NCBI GenBank assembly: GCA_963799485.1
Contig: CAWCXJ010000007.1
Location: 384,001 to 448,000 of the forward strand
DNA length: 64,000 nt
Reading direction: 5' to 3'
DNA from: an uncultured Trueperaceae bacterium
Lineage (GTDB): Bacteria; Deinococcota; Deinococci; Deinococcales; Trueperaceae
The position numbers were made by a program, and so were the translations under genes. Shown here in pieces: positions 18,629 through 28,499 of the stretch (its first letter is position 1; every line of letters begins with the position of its first letter). Under the pieces are notes generated by a model, which ran no database searches, was not told the origin of the DNA, and saw nothing but the letters and a program-made list of their open reading frames with translations.

Positions 18629-20236
18629 CTACTTCGAACGCTCGACCCCGCGCCCACCTCGAGCCGCAGCCGCGCGGAGCTGAGGCGGAGCGCTCGGCGC
18701 ACGCTCTTCGGGGCTGTCGACGTCGCGGGTATAACGGTAACTCGTGCGCGGGCTGCTGCGACCGACAAACGTCGCGGCGATGCCGAAGATACGCACGCCG
18801 CTTCGCTGCAAGCGTTCGGCGGTCTCTTCCAACCCCTGCGGATTGGTATTTTCCAGGCTGGCGACGAGTACGGTGCCGGTACACAGCGGCGCGATCGTCA
18901 GCGTATCGGCGACGTCTAGGAGCGGCGCGGAATCGATAACGATCACGTCGTAGTCTTTTTCCCAGCTCGCCAAGCAGTCGGGAAACCCGGCGCTTAAAAG
19001 TTCGGTCGGTGAAGGCGCAGCCCGAAAGGTCGGGAGGATATCGAGCGTCTGCGTCAAGTTGACCCCGACGTGCGCCGCCTCATACGGGCCGTGCGGGTTC
19101 TCGAGGTGTGTCCGCAGCGGCATATAGCGTTTGTCGTCCAAGTTGTATTCGCGGGCGATGACGGGCCGGCGCAGATCGGCGTCGACGAGGAGCGTCCGGT
19201 AGTTCGCGTGGGTAAAACTTTCAGCGAGGCTCAGGGCGACGCTCGATTTGCCTTCGCTATGACCGGGGCTCGTCACTAAAATCACCTTGGGGTGGACGTT
19301 CTGGGTGCTGAGTAGCAGGTTGGTCCTTAGATAGCTCGAGGCTTCACGGGGCAAGCGCCGCGTCTTCTTCGCCGATTTGGGAAACTCAGCCAAAATCGGC
19401 AGCCCAATCACCGTAGCAAGATCATCGACGTTTCTAAGTTTGGTATCGAGCAGGTTTCGCAAGAGCAAGATGCCGTAGGCGAACAACACGCCCAAAACTC
19501 CGGCAATCGCGGCGGCAAAAAGCGGTTTGGGCGCAACCGGATTGACAGGTACCGAAGCGGCTTGAATAAACTCGAGCCGACTCCGGGCCGTGCCGACCGC
19601 AGCTTCGATATTCTCGCGGTTGGTCTGCTGCGCTAAAAGCCGGTTTTGCAGGCGACCGATGTCACCTGGATTACCCCCGGCGGCCTCGAGCCGGGTGATC
19701 TCGGTTTGGGTGGCGGCGGTGGTGCGGTCGAGCTGAGCGATGAGGTCGCTGATAAAGTTTTCCGCGCGCTGCCGGTCCCAGTCGACAAGCGCTATCCCGA
19801 GCGCGTTCAGCGTTGCCGCGACACTTTCCGGGTCGGGGCCGCGCAGTTGAAGGGTGATCTGGCTGCTGTCGCGAAACGCAGCGTTCGAGTTCGGCAAGAC
19901 GTTAAAACGTCCGCGAACACTGCCGACCCGGGCGGGGGTGACCTCGAGCCCGAGCGCGGTCAGCGCCGCGCCGATCACGTCTTGACTCTTGGCGGCAGTC
20001 TCATAAGAGCTGGGGTTGATCGAGGGTGCGACGACGATAGGGACGTCAATGCCGTCTAAGCCGACGTCGCCTAAGTTGGCGAGCAAGATCGCGTCGGTTT
20101 CATAGATGGGCGTTCGTGAGCTGCTGACAAAGTAGGCGACGCCCGCACCAATTGCGGCGAGCAGCACCGCCAACAGGAGGCCACGGCGCAAAAACCGGAA
20201 AACGTCCCCTAAACTCACACTGAGGTCTTGTTGCAT
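18629..20236 (-). CDS. Polysaccharide chain-length regulator / BY-kinase (Wzc-like, CpsC-CpsD fusion)
   Basis: Wzz-type N-terminus with two TMs; TSPGHSEGKS, LVDADLRRP, VIVIDSAP. Confidence 0.88.
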   Translation of the reverse strand: MQQDLSVSLGDVFRFLRRGLLLAVLLAAIGAGVAYFVSSSRTPIYETDAILLANLGDVGLDGIDVPIVVAPSINPSSYETAAKSQDVIGAALTALGLEVTPARVGSVRGRFNVLPNSNAAFRDSSQITLQLRGPDPESVAATLNALGIALVDWDRQRAENFISDLIAQLDRTTAATQTEITRLEAAGGNPGDIGRLQNRLLAQQTNRENIEAAVGTARSRLEFIQAASVPVNPVAPKPLFAAAIAGVLGVLFAYGILLLRNLLDTKLRNVDDLATVIGLPILAEFPKSAKKTRRLPREASSYLRTNLLLSTQNVHPKVILVTSPGHSEGKSSVALSLAESFTHANYRTLLVDADLRRPVIAREYNLDDKRYMPLRTHLENPHGPYEAAHVGVNLTQTLDILPTFRAAPSPTELLSAGFPDCLASWEKDYDVIVIDSAPLLDVADTLTIAPLCTGTVLVASLENTNPQGLEETAERLQRSGVRIFGIAATFVGRSSPRTSYRYTRDVDSPEERAPSAPPQLRAAAARGGRGVERSK

Positions 20237-20405
20237 AGCGTTCCTATCCGTTTCACCTAATCGTTAGGGTTTTTGTAACTCGCGCCGAACCGTAACGCCC
20301 GGCTTCAAGGCTACTGTAACAGATGGGGTTTGTTTCCCTCGGCGCACGGTTCCTCCACCGGCCACATCACACCTGCTACATTATTGCTACCTCTAACTTG
20401 TGCGT

Positions 20406-21314
20406 TTAGCGTTCACCCAAGCTTTCCAGCCAGCGTGCCCCGTCAGCGCGGTTTATAGGCGGCATCTGCGGCTCTTTGGAGAACCAGGTACGTTGTCTTT
20501 TAGCGTAGCGCAGGGTTGCCTGAATAACGGCCTGAATAACGGTGTGCGGCGCGTTCTCTAGAGAACCGCCGAGAATCGCCGCGCGCACCTCTTTATACCC
20601 AATCGCCTGCAGCGCGGTCGTTGCCGCCGGATAGCGCGCTAAAAGCCCGCGTACTTCGGCGATCAGGCCCGCACGAAACATCGCCTCGGTGCGCTCACGG
20701 ATGACCGGCTCGAGCCGGTCGGGGTCGAGCTCGAGCCGCCGTTTGCTGTAGCGGTAACGCGGTTTTGTCTTTGGAAACGTCGTCGGTGAGCGCCCCGTGC
20801 GTTCCCAAATTTCGAGCGCCCGCACAAGCCGCCGGGGGTTACGCTGCGCGCGGGCGGCGTCTTCCGGGCTACGCCGGAAAAGCTCGGCCTCGAGCGCGTC
20901 AAGCCCCTTTTGCTCGCGGCGTTCCCAAAGCCTTCGCTGCACCTCGGCGTCGGGAGCCGGGGTCGTTGGTAAACCCTCGGTCAGCGCGCGAATGTAAAAC
21001 CCGGTGCCCCCGACCACGAGAGGAAGTTTGCCCTTTTCCAAGACCTCACCGATAGCCTGTTCTGCCAGCGTGACGTAACGCGCGACGCTAAACGCTTCGT
21101 CGGGGCGCGCCACGTCTATAAGGTGATGCGGTACCCGCGCCCGCTCGTCTACGGTCGGTTTTGCCGTGCCGATATCGAGCCCCCGGTAGACCATCATGGC
21201 GTCGGCTGAAATCAGCTCGAGCCCGTACAATTCAGCCAGCATCAGGGCCAGCGCACTCTTCCCACTCGCCGTGACGCCGCCTAGAACAGGAATGATAGGA
21301 GACTCGGACATCAT
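20406..21314 (-). CDS. miaA: tRNA dimethylallyltransferase
   Basis: [46 protein letters not shown]. Confidence 0.96.
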   Translation of the reverse strand: MMSESPIIPVLGGVTASGKSALALMLAELYGLELISADAMMVYRGLDIGTAKPTVDERARVPHHLIDVARPDEAFSVARYVTLAEQAIGEVLEKGKLPLVVGGTGFYIRALTEGLPTTPAPDAEVQRRLWERREQKGLDALEAELFRRSPEDAARAQRNPRRLVRALEIWERTGRSPTTFPKTKPRYRYSKRRLELDPDRLEPVIRERTEAMFRAGLIAEVRGLLARYPAATTALQAIGYKEVRAAILGGSLENAPHTVIQAVIQATLRYAKRQRTWFSKEPQMPPINRADGARWLESLGER

Positions 21315-21330
21315 CGTTTCCGATTGTACG

Positions 21331-21420
21331 AACGCCACGTCATAAGTACCACGTCGCAAACACGTATGTCACAAACACGACGTCACCAATACCACGTCGC
21401 GAACGTCATGTACAAACGCC
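21331..21420. repeat. Degenerate ~14-bp tandem repeats between divergent miaA and hsp20
   Basis: cgtcataagtacca / cgtcgcaaacacgta / tgtcacaaacacga / cgtcaccaatacca / cgtcgcgaacgtca. Confidence 0.65.
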
Positions 21421-21456
21421 GCAGGGAGGCAAAAAAAGACGTGCTAAGCTCGTTTT

Positions 21457-21855
21457 ATGGAGTTGGACAAACGCGACGACAGCACACCACACGGAACTCA
21501 GCGCGACCTGCAAAACCTGCTCATCCTGCGTGACCGGGTAAGCGAGCTGGCGCACGGGGTCGCGCCGCAAAGCCTCGAGCTCAAACTCGACTTGCTCGAC
21601 CTCGGGGAAGCGTACCGGCTGATCGTCGATTTGCCCGGCGTCGCCCAAGACGACCTCGAGATTGCCCTGCGCGGGCGGCAACTCACCCTTGCGGGCCTCC
21701 GCGAGATGAACGGCGGCGAGCAGACTTTTATCGTACATGAACGTGCGGGGGGGCACTTTCAAAGGACGCTCGAGCTGCCCGGCGACGTTCGTTACGAGGC
21801 GAGCAGCGCCCAGCTGCGCGAAGGTTTGCTGATTTTGCATCTGCCTAAAACCTAA
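21457..21855 (+). CDS. Small heat shock protein Hsp20 / alpha-crystallin
   Basis: DLPGV, ERAGGHFQRTLELP, AQLREGLLILHLPK. TAAGCT 6 nt before the ATG. Confidence 0.9.
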   Translation: MELDKRDDSTPHGTQRDLQNLLILRDRVSELAHGVAPQSLELKLDLLDLGEAYRLIVDLPGVAQDDLEIALRGRQLTLAGLREMNGGEQTFIVHERAGGHFQRTLELPGDVRYEASSAQLREGLLILHLPKT

Positions 21856-22057
21856 TCCTTCGCGTCTTTCAAAAATTGATAGGTGACACTGTATATTTAG
21901 GTGTGTTCTACCGTAAGACTTAAACCGCGAGGTCTGCCGCCCAGGTACAAGCACTTAACGGTGCAGCACGGTTCGGAGGCTATCATGTGAAAGTGTGTAC
22001 CGAACGGCTTCTCCCGGATGGGGCGCGTAGCCGATTAGCTGACACCTGTAGTAGCCG

Positions 22058-23050
22058 CTAGTCGTTGCCAGCGCCACTGTCTGGAACAGGCCCGGATTCG
22101 TCGAGTCCTGCACCTGTATCGCCGCCTGTACCGTCCGCTGCGGAGGAGCTGTCTGGGCCGGCATTTTGGCTCGAGCCACCCAAACTTGGCAGCGGCGCTT
22201 CATTGCCAAGATCGAGCGTAAACGTGCCCCTCACGCCCTGCGTCACCACTACGTCGTTGCTGTCCAAATCGTATTCGATAACCTCGCCGGCGACCTCGCC
22301 CTCGTCGTTACGACTGCGCGCCGGCTTGCCGCGCAGCACCGCAAAACCCGCCTCCTCGTCAAGTTCTAAAGTATCCGCTTCGCTGGTGCGTCCGTCGGAC
22401 TCGATCCTGACGTTGCCGCTGAGGGTCTGAACGTCTTCATCGACGTTAAACGAAAAGCGGGCGGACGAGGCGGTCAGCGCGGGCGAGTCGCCGGAGGCGC
22501 GGCGCTCTAGGTTGACCGGCCCGGTCATCTCGCCGACGCCGCGGTTGTTTTCATAGACGAGCGGCCCCCCCTCGACGGTCGTGCGCCCTTCGGTAATTAC
22601 GACCTTCGGGTTTTTTTCACGTTTGAGATTTTTCGGGCAGAGCGTCTCGTCGTCTACGCTCAGCGACCCGCCGAAAAAGTTCAGCACGGCCTTGTCCTGC
22701 GCTGCCGCGCCGCCCGCTTTGGGTTGGGTGCGGAGAACGATGCTCGAGCGAATCCGGGTGTTGTTTACTTTCGTATCGATGCGCTTGGGGTTTGGCGCGT
22801 AGTAAAACGACAAGTTTTCGTCTTTACGGCAGTTGCTCCCGCCCCGCGTAATGGAGAAACCTCCTTCGGCGTCGGTGGCGGTTTGCTGCACGGTAATCGG
22901 GCGGTCGTTGCGCTGAAGCTCAAATGACGGCAGGTTGGACGCCGGACTAGCAGCCGGGTCGGGCGGCTGAGGGGTGTTCGCGTCAGTCTGCGCGATACCT
23001 ACGCCTAGCAGTCCAAGACTGGAGAGTCCTAAAATTACGAGCCGACGCAT
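22058..23050 (-). CDS. LptA/OstA-like beta-jellyroll periplasmic protein
   Basis: Signal peptide; repeated beta motifs (LSGNVRIES...ADTLELD...AVLRGKPA...GEVIEYD). Confidence 0.7.
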   Translation of the reverse strand: MRRLVILGLSSLGLLGVGIAQTDANTPQPPDPAASPASNLPSFELQRNDRPITVQQTATDAEGGFSITRGGSNCRKDENLSFYYAPNPKRIDTKVNNTRIRSSIVLRTQPKAGGAAAQDKAVLNFFGGSLSVDDETLCPKNLKREKNPKVVITEGRTTVEGGPLVYENNRGVGEMTGPVNLERRASGDSPALTASSARFSFNVDEDVQTLSGNVRIESDGRTSEADTLELDEEAGFAVLRGKPARSRNDEGEVAGEVIEYDLDSNDVVVTQGVRGTFTLDLGNEAPLPSLGGSSQNAGPDSSSAADGTGGDTGAGLDESGPVPDSGAGND

Positions 23051-23055
23051 AGACT

Positions 23056-24069
23056 TTATTGCGCTGAGGCCGTTTCGCTCGTTAGCCTAAACTGCGCCGT
23101 ATCGAAACTTGGTGTCGGGTCGCTCAGCTGCTGCACCGAGTTGATGTCGGTGCGCTGCTCGATCCGGGCACCGCGAATGGTCGAGCCGAAGGCGGCGTCA
23201 ACCGAAACCGCCGGACTGCCGATCACTTCGGCGCGGGAGGCCGTATCGTCGTAGTAGAGCGTGGTACCGGTCGTCGTCGTGTCGCCGTCGACAATCGCGA
23301 CGTTGCCGGTGGCGAGCAGCACGTCGGTATCGGTCAGCGCGCGAATCTCGTCGGCAGTGATAGTTAAAAAGGTGCCGTCGTCGTTTTCGCGGCGCGCCAC
23401 CGCCTGACCCTGCTGATTGCTCAGCACTGCGAGGTCGCGCCCCTCTTCAAAGATGAGCTCGTCCGCCTGCGCGTCTTGCGCGCCGTTGGTGAGCATAACG
23501 TTCCCCTGGCTGACGCTCGTATCGGTATCGACGTCGAAGGTTACGGTATCGGTACCGATATTAACGACGTCGCCACCCTCTTCGGCGGGTTGCACGACGA
23601 TGGCGGTTTTTTGCGGCATCACACCACGGCCTGTGGCTTCACTGTAGGTAAGTGCCGGCCCGGTCGCTGTGAGCCGCCCCCGCTCGACCCGGACGCCGCC
23701 GGTAAAGTTCGCTTCACGCGCCCCTTCGGCCTCGGCAATCAGCACGCCCTCGGGCGCGCGCAGTTCACCGCGCTGGGCGAAAATCTCGAGGTTCGACACG
23801 CTCGCCGCGAGACCGCCCGGTTGCGGGTGTTCATAAACGTAGGGGCCGTAACGGAGGTCGGGGCTGTTCCGGGTGCCGCCGTCGTAGGTAATCGTGATGA
23901 TGCGCTCACCCGGTTCGGCAGCGGTTGCCGGTTGCGCGCCACCGGACTGCGCGCTGCCTGACTGAGTGTTCTCAGCTTGGGTACTGTCCGGGGGCGTGGC
24001 GCTTTGGGCAAGCACAGCGCTTGCGAGTAGAAAAGCGGATAAAGCAAACTTATGTGCGGTACTGGACAT
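23056..24069 (-). CDS. LptA/OstA-like beta-jellyroll periplasmic protein
   Basis: Signal peptide; FTGGVRV, SQGNVML...ADELIF, ATGNVAI...GTTLYYD repeats. Confidence 0.7.
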   Translation of the reverse strand: MSSTAHKFALSAFLLASAVLAQSATPPDSTQAENTQSGSAQSGGAQPATAAEPGERIITITYDGGTRNSPDLRYGPYVYEHPQPGGLAASVSNLEIFAQRGELRAPEGVLIAEAEGAREANFTGGVRVERGRLTATGPALTYSEATGRGVMPQKTAIVVQPAEEGGDVVNIGTDTVTFDVDTDTSVSQGNVMLTNGAQDAQADELIFEEGRDLAVLSNQQGQAVARRENDDGTFLTITADEIRALTDTDVLLATGNVAIVDGDTTTTGTTLYYDDTASRAEVIGSPAVSVDAAFGSTIRGARIEQRTDINSVQQLSDPTPSFDTAQFRLTSETASAQ

Positions 24070-24078
24070 GAAACTCCT

Positions 24079-24642
24079 CTAGGGCCGGTCGGCGGTATCT
24101 CTGAAGCTGTCTCTGTTCTGGGTACCTTCGCCGCCGGTCTTAACATCGGTAAGGTCGAAGTTCATACTTAAGTTTTTAGACGAGCTGATATTTTCTCCTG
24201 TTTTTTCGGCAATATCAATAGCCGGGGCAACAAACCTGCCCTGCTCCTGATTTAGAAGCACCGGCTCGCCGTTGCGTGCCCGCATGTCGAGCGTCCACCC
24301 TACATCAGGAAGGTAAACCTCAATCTGTTGACCGTATATATTATCCTGCGCGTCGATAACCAGACGCTTGGAGGCCAGCGTAAAGTCGGTTTTGCCACCG
24401 ACGGTTCTTTCGGCGTCGCCAATATCGCGGAGTACAGTCTCCTGCGCGTCGGGTTCGTAGTCGACCTGCTCGGCGGCGAAGTGCCACACGGCGTCGGGGT
24501 CGGCCTGCGGGTAGAGCGTAACTGTTGCGCCGCTCAGGGCGATGGTTCCACCCGGCGTGACCTGTTGCTGCTGCGGAAACAGCGACAGCACGATGAGGAC
24601 GGCGACCGTAAGGCCGAGGGCAAGAAGCGCAAGCCGGAACAC
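24079..24642 (-). CDS. LptC-like membrane-anchored protein
   Basis: Single N-terminal TM followed by a beta-rich domain (WHFAAEQVDYEP); first gene before two LptA-like genes. Confidence 0.55.
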   Translation of the reverse strand: MFRLALLALGLTVAVLIVLSLFPQQQQVTPGGTIALSGATVTLYPQADPDAVWHFAAEQVDYEPDAQETVLRDIGDAERTVGGKTDFTLASKRLVIDAQDNIYGQQIEVYLPDVGWTLDMRARNGEPVLLNQEQGRFVAPAIDIAEKTGENISSSKNLSMNFDLTDVKTGGEGTQNRDSFRDTADRP

Positions 24643-24825
24643 AGGTTCAATCTATCAGTCTATGGCAGTGAGAAGCGTGACGGAATCATCAAGGGAGGTT
24701 GGGGTCGGCGCGAGAACGCGCGCCGATCAGAGCGCGGCGCGGGCTGAGCCCGAATTTCTGCACCTTTTTGTTCTGTAGGCTTTGTTTTTTGGCGTCACGG
24801 CTGCTGCACTCTCCGGGTCAATCTG

Positions 24826-24834
24826 TGCTATACT
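24826..24834 (+). promoter_or_regulatory. Extended -10 promoter upstream of rpoD
   Basis: TGcTATACT, about 150 nt before the GTG. Confidence 0.5.
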
Positions 24835-24985
24835 CTTATGTTAGCGCGATGCGGCGCGACTGATTCGCGGCAAGCGCCAAAAATTCCAGTCCGAAACACG
24901 CTGAAAACCTGAAAACCGCAGCAGCGGCCTTTTCCACTGTTCATAACCCGTACCCAGCTCCCTGCCTAGACCCGTTGGAGGCAAA

Positions 24986-26332
24986 GTGACCGAAGCAAAC
25001 GTCAAGACCAAACCCAAAACAAAAAAAGCACCGGTCAAAAAAGGCATAAAGCCCGCCAAAACCGAAGCGTCCGTAACCGGCCCGGCGTGGGTCAATGCGC
25101 CGCAGATCCAAAAACTTTTCGAAACCGGCAAACGCGAAGGTTCGCTTAACTCCGAAGAGATTACCACGGCGCTAAATAAAGCCGTCGAATCGCTCAATCT
25201 AGACAGCGCCAGCGACGACTTTGAAGTCCTGATCGGGCTTTTAGGTGCGCAAAAGATCGAAATCGCCGACCTCGCCGACGATGAAGTCATCGACGACGAC
25301 GAGTTCGACGAAGTTGCCGAACTAGACGACGCTGATGACGACGAGGGCGATCTAAACCGCGACCGTGAAGAGATGGAAGCGCGCGCCGAAGCGATGTCGG
25401 GTAGCCGCCTGTCGACCAACGATCCGGTGCGGCAGTACCTGCACGAAATCGGGCGTGTCAGTCTTTTGACACTCGAGGAAGAAATCTCGCTCGCGCGGCG
25501 GATCGAAGAGGGCGAAGCCGCCGAAAAACGTTTGGCTGAAGAGGGCGAAGGGCTACCCGAACGCACCAAACGCGGTCTCAGGCGTGTCCAGGAAGACGGC
25601 GACATGGCGCGGCAGCACCTTATCGAAGCCAACTTGCGTCTCGTCGTCTCGATTGCCAAAAAATACACCGGGCGTGGCCTGTCGTTTCTAGACCTCATTC
25701 AAGAGGGCAACCAGGGGCTTATCCGGGCCGTTGAAAAGTTCGAGTACCGCCGCCGTTACAAGTTCAGCACTTACGCGACGTGGTGGATTCGCCAAGCCAT
25801 CAACCGTGCTATCGCCGACCAAGCCCGCACCATCCGTATTCCCGTTCACATGGTCGAGACCATCAACAAACTGACCCGCACCGCGCGGCAATTGCAGCAA
25901 GAACTCAGCCGCGAACCGACCTATGAAGAGGTTGCCGACGCGATGGGGCCGGGCTGGAACGCCGAAAAGGTCGAAGAGGTCTTCAAGGTCTCGCAAGAGC
26001 CGGTGTCTTTGGAAACGCCTATCGGCGACGAAAAAGATTCGTTTTACGGCGACTTTATCCCCGACGATAACGTCGAATCGCCCGTAGACCAGGCGAGCAA
26101 AACGCTGCTCAGTGAAGAACTCGACAAAGCCTTGGACAAGCTGACCGAACGTGAGTCGATGGTGTTGAAGTTCCGTAAAGGTCTCGTCGACGGGCGCGAA
26201 CACACGCTCGAGGAGGTCGGCGCACACTTCGGCGTAACGCGTGAGCGGATTCGGCAGATTGAAAACAAGGCGCTCCGTAAACTCAAGTACCACGAATCCA
26301 GAACGCGTAAACTGCGTGACTTTTTAGACTAA
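24986..26332 (+). CDS. rpoD: RNA polymerase primary sigma factor RpoD/SigA
   Basis: [52 protein letters not shown]. Confidence 0.98.
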   Translation: MTEANVKTKPKTKKAPVKKGIKPAKTEASVTGPAWVNAPQIQKLFETGKREGSLNSEEITTALNKAVESLNLDSASDDFEVLIGLLGAQKIEIADLADDEVIDDDEFDEVAELDDADDDEGDLNRDREEMEARAEAMSGSRLSTNDPVRQYLHEIGRVSLLTLEEEISLARRIEEGEAAEKRLAEEGEGLPERTKRGLRRVQEDGDMARQHLIEANLRLVVSIAKKYTGRGLSFLDLIQEGNQGLIRAVEKFEYRRRYKFSTYATWWIRQAINRAIADQARTIRIPVHMVETINKLTRTARQLQQELSREPTYEEVADAMGPGWNAEKVEEVFKVSQEPVSLETPIGDEKDSFYGDFIPDDNVESPVDQASKTLLSEELDKALDKLTERESMVLKFRKGLVDGREHTLEEVGAHFGVTRERIRQIENKALRKLKYHESRTRKLRDFLD

Positions 26333-26337
26333 AAGTC

Positions 26338-26405
26338 GGCAATGAGTGCCGAGCAATGAGTAGTGAGTGGTTGTCCTCATTGCTCGTTGCTTTTGACTCG
26401 TTGCT
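26338..26405. repeat. Heptamer-periodic palindromic repeat (second copy); likely terminator
   Basis: CGAGCAATGAG...CTCATTGCTCG; its right arm is nearly the reverse complement of 11580-11609. Confidence 0.7.
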
Positions 26406-27600
26406 ACTTGCCGTATTTGGTACGGCGCTCGAGCCACTTCAGCAAGCTCGAGGCAATCAGCGTAATCACGATGTAAAGCACCGCAACCGTGTTGAACGGC
26501 TCGAAGACCTGAAAGTTGGCAGCTTGGTATTCACGGGCGAGCTGCGTCAGTTCGCGCACGCCCAAAACCGATAAGAGCGACGAGTCTTTGAGCATGGCGA
26601 TAAACTCGTTGCCGAGGGGCGGCGTGACGATTCGCAGCGCTTGTGGCAAGACGACAAACCGGGCGGTCTGCGTACCCGTCAGGCCTAGCGTGCGGGCCGC
26701 TTCACGTTGACCGTGCGGGACGGCTTCGATTCCGGCCCGGAAGATTTCAGCTAAGTACGCCGCGTAGCCGAGCGCGATTGCGACGACGCCGCGCATCAGG
26801 ATGGGCATGTCGAGGACGCCGCCGGTCGCGTCGCGGAGGGCTCCCTGCAGCGGAAAGCCGACGTAGAGGATAATCACCAGCATCGGAATGCCGCGAATCA
26901 TATCGATGTAGAGCTCAGCGAAGATTCTTAAGGGGTGCTCAAAACTCCACCAGCCGGCAGCGCTCAGCATCAGGAGCAGCACGGCGAATACCGCGCTCAG
27001 CAGGGCCGGGTTACGCGCTGCCGAGGATAAAAAGGCGACTTGCCAGAGGGTATTTGCACCCTGCGGAACCTGCGCGGTAGGGATAAAGGCGGCGCTGACG
27101 GTGCCGGACTCCAACCCCGCAAGCGCGTCCTCAACCGAGGTAAACGACCGCACCGACATCGCCTCACCGCCGTAAGCCCCGGACTGAATCTGTTTGGAGA
27201 TGCGCCCCGGCGTACCCTGAATGATGGCTACGCGCCCGTCAGTGTTGCCGATTAAGGTGTAGTCGGTGGTCGGGCGAGAAAAGAAAAATACGCTGGCGAG
27301 CGCCGCCAAGAGTGCCGCGACCCCGAAACGCAGGTTCGTCCAGCGTCCGCACCTAAGGAGTAAGAGTCCGGCGAGTCCTAAACCCAGTAACATCGCTGTG
27401 ATGTAGGCGAGAATGGTCACGACCGCTGTGACCCCGACACCGGGCACGATGTAGCGGAGCGCGCGCTGATAATCCGGTGCGGTGACGAACAGGTAGATGA
27501 CAAACGGCAGCGCACTCAGGAGGACGATTGTGCTTGGGCCTAGACTGGCACCTTGAGACGGGGTTGCAGGTGTCGGAGAAGGTTTGGTCACGCGTGGCAC
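26404..27600 (-). CDS. Polar amino acid ABC transporter permease with an inserted extra domain
   Basis: YIDMIRGIPMLV, AAYLAEIFRAGIEAV, GQREAA, VVLPQA, KDSSL; about 130 aa of extra sequence. Confidence 0.88.
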   Translation of the reverse strand: MPRVTKPSPTPATPSQGASLGPSTIVLLSALPFVIYLFVTAPDYQRALRYIVPGVGVTAVVTILAYITAMLLGLGLAGLLLLRCGRWTNLRFGVAALLAALASVFFFSRPTTDYTLIGNTDGRVAIIQGTPGRISKQIQSGAYGGEAMSVRSFTSVEDALAGLESGTVSAAFIPTAQVPQGANTLWQVAFLSSAARNPALLSAVFAVLLLMLSAAGWWSFEHPLRIFAELYIDMIRGIPMLVIILYVGFPLQGALRDATGGVLDMPILMRGVVAIALGYAAYLAEIFRAGIEAVPHGQREAARTLGLTGTQTARFVVLPQALRIVTPPLGNEFIAMLKDSSLLSVLGVRELTQLAREYQAANFQVFEPFNTVAVLYIVITLIASSLLKWLERRTKYGK

Positions 27601-27635
27601 CGGGAGTACGTTGGGTAAGGCACGCAGCTAAACGT

Positions 27636-27660
27636 AAAAAGCCCGGTTGAACCGGGCTTT
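27636..27660 (-). terminator. Hairpin between binding-protein and permease genes
   Basis: AAAGCCCGGT-TGA-ACCGGGCTTT with an A5 run (U-tract on the minus strand). Confidence 0.7.
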
Positions 27661-27676
27661 CCTGCAGCGTGTTTCA

Positions 27677-28429
27677 CTAGTTGTTGACAGCCAGCCATTT
27701 GCTCTGGAGTTCCTCGAGCGTCCCGTCGGCTTTGATCTCGGCGAGTCCGGCGTTTAGCGCGTCGACGAGCGGGCTACCTTCCGGGACGACAAAACCCAGT
27801 TCGGTGCCCGACTCTACGTCGGCGATGTTCACCGTCAGCTGTCCGGCGTACTGCTCGACAAACGCATTTGCCGAGGTACCGTCGATCTCTACGCCGTCCA
27901 CGTCGCCGTTTAGAAGCGCCTGCACCGCCGTGTTGAAGTTGTCGTAAAGCCGGAGCCGGTCGCGCCCGACGAGACTTTCAGCGGTCACAGCGTTCGTGGT
28001 ACCGGTCTGCGCGCCCAAAATCAGGTCGCCGCCCGTAAAGTCCTCCAAGGTCAAATCAGCGTCTTCGACGCGTACCGCAATCGCTTCGGTGACGGTGAGG
28101 TAGGGGTCGGTAAAATCGACGATCTGGTCGCGTTCGGGGGTAATCGACACGCCCGAGGCGACCATATCGAACTCACCGTTGGCGAGAGCCGGAAAGATAC
28201 CGTCCCAGGCGGTCGTCTTAAACTGAGCGACGCAGTTGATCTTTTCACAAATCGCGTTGACGACATCGACGTCGAAACCGACGACTTCGCCCTGCTGGTT
28301 GACGAGTTCAAAAGGCGGGTAGGTGGTATCCGAGCCCACCGTGAGCGTGCGGCCCGCTAAGTTGGGCATATCGGTCTGGGCCAAGGCGAAGGGCGTCAGA
28401 AGCAAGGCGGCGAGTACAAGTCGTTTCAC
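27677..28429 (-). CDS. Polar amino acid ABC transporter substrate-binding protein (SBP_bac_3)
   Basis: Signal peptide from GTG 28429; YPPFE, GFDVD, WDGIFPAL, ITPER, QTGTT. Confidence 0.92.
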   Translation of the reverse strand: MKRLVLAALLLTPFALAQTDMPNLAGRTLTVGSDTTYPPFELVNQQGEVVGFDVDVVNAICEKINCVAQFKTTAWDGIFPALANGEFDMVASGVSITPERDQIVDFTDPYLTVTEAIAVRVEDADLTLEDFTGGDLILGAQTGTTNAVTAESLVGRDRLRLYDNFNTAVQALLNGDVDGVEIDGTSANAFVEQYAGQLTVNIADVESGTELGFVVPEGSPLVDALNAGLAEIKADGTLEELQSKWLAVNN

Positions 28430-28470
28430 AAAGATTCTTTCAGGGCGTGTTTGATTAGGTGTCATGCACA

Positions 28471-28499
28471 ATTATAGCCGCTAAACGGTTCAAGTGTAA
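28471..28499 (-). promoter_or_regulatory. Sigma70-type promoter for the amino acid ABC genes
   Basis: Minus strand TTACAC, 17 bp, TATAAT. Confidence 0.55.

Noticed and set aside
21331..21420. CRISPR array
   Set aside because: Units are ~14 bp, degenerate and adjacent, with no spacers and no cas genes
21856..22057. Possible small RNA or ORF between hsp20 and the lptA-like gene
   Set aside because: No clear promoter-terminator pair, stable long stem or credible ORF
24841..26293. Long antisense ORFs (285 and 201 aa) opposite rpoD
   Set aside because: Shadow frames of a conserved GC-rich gene; low-complexity products with no motifs
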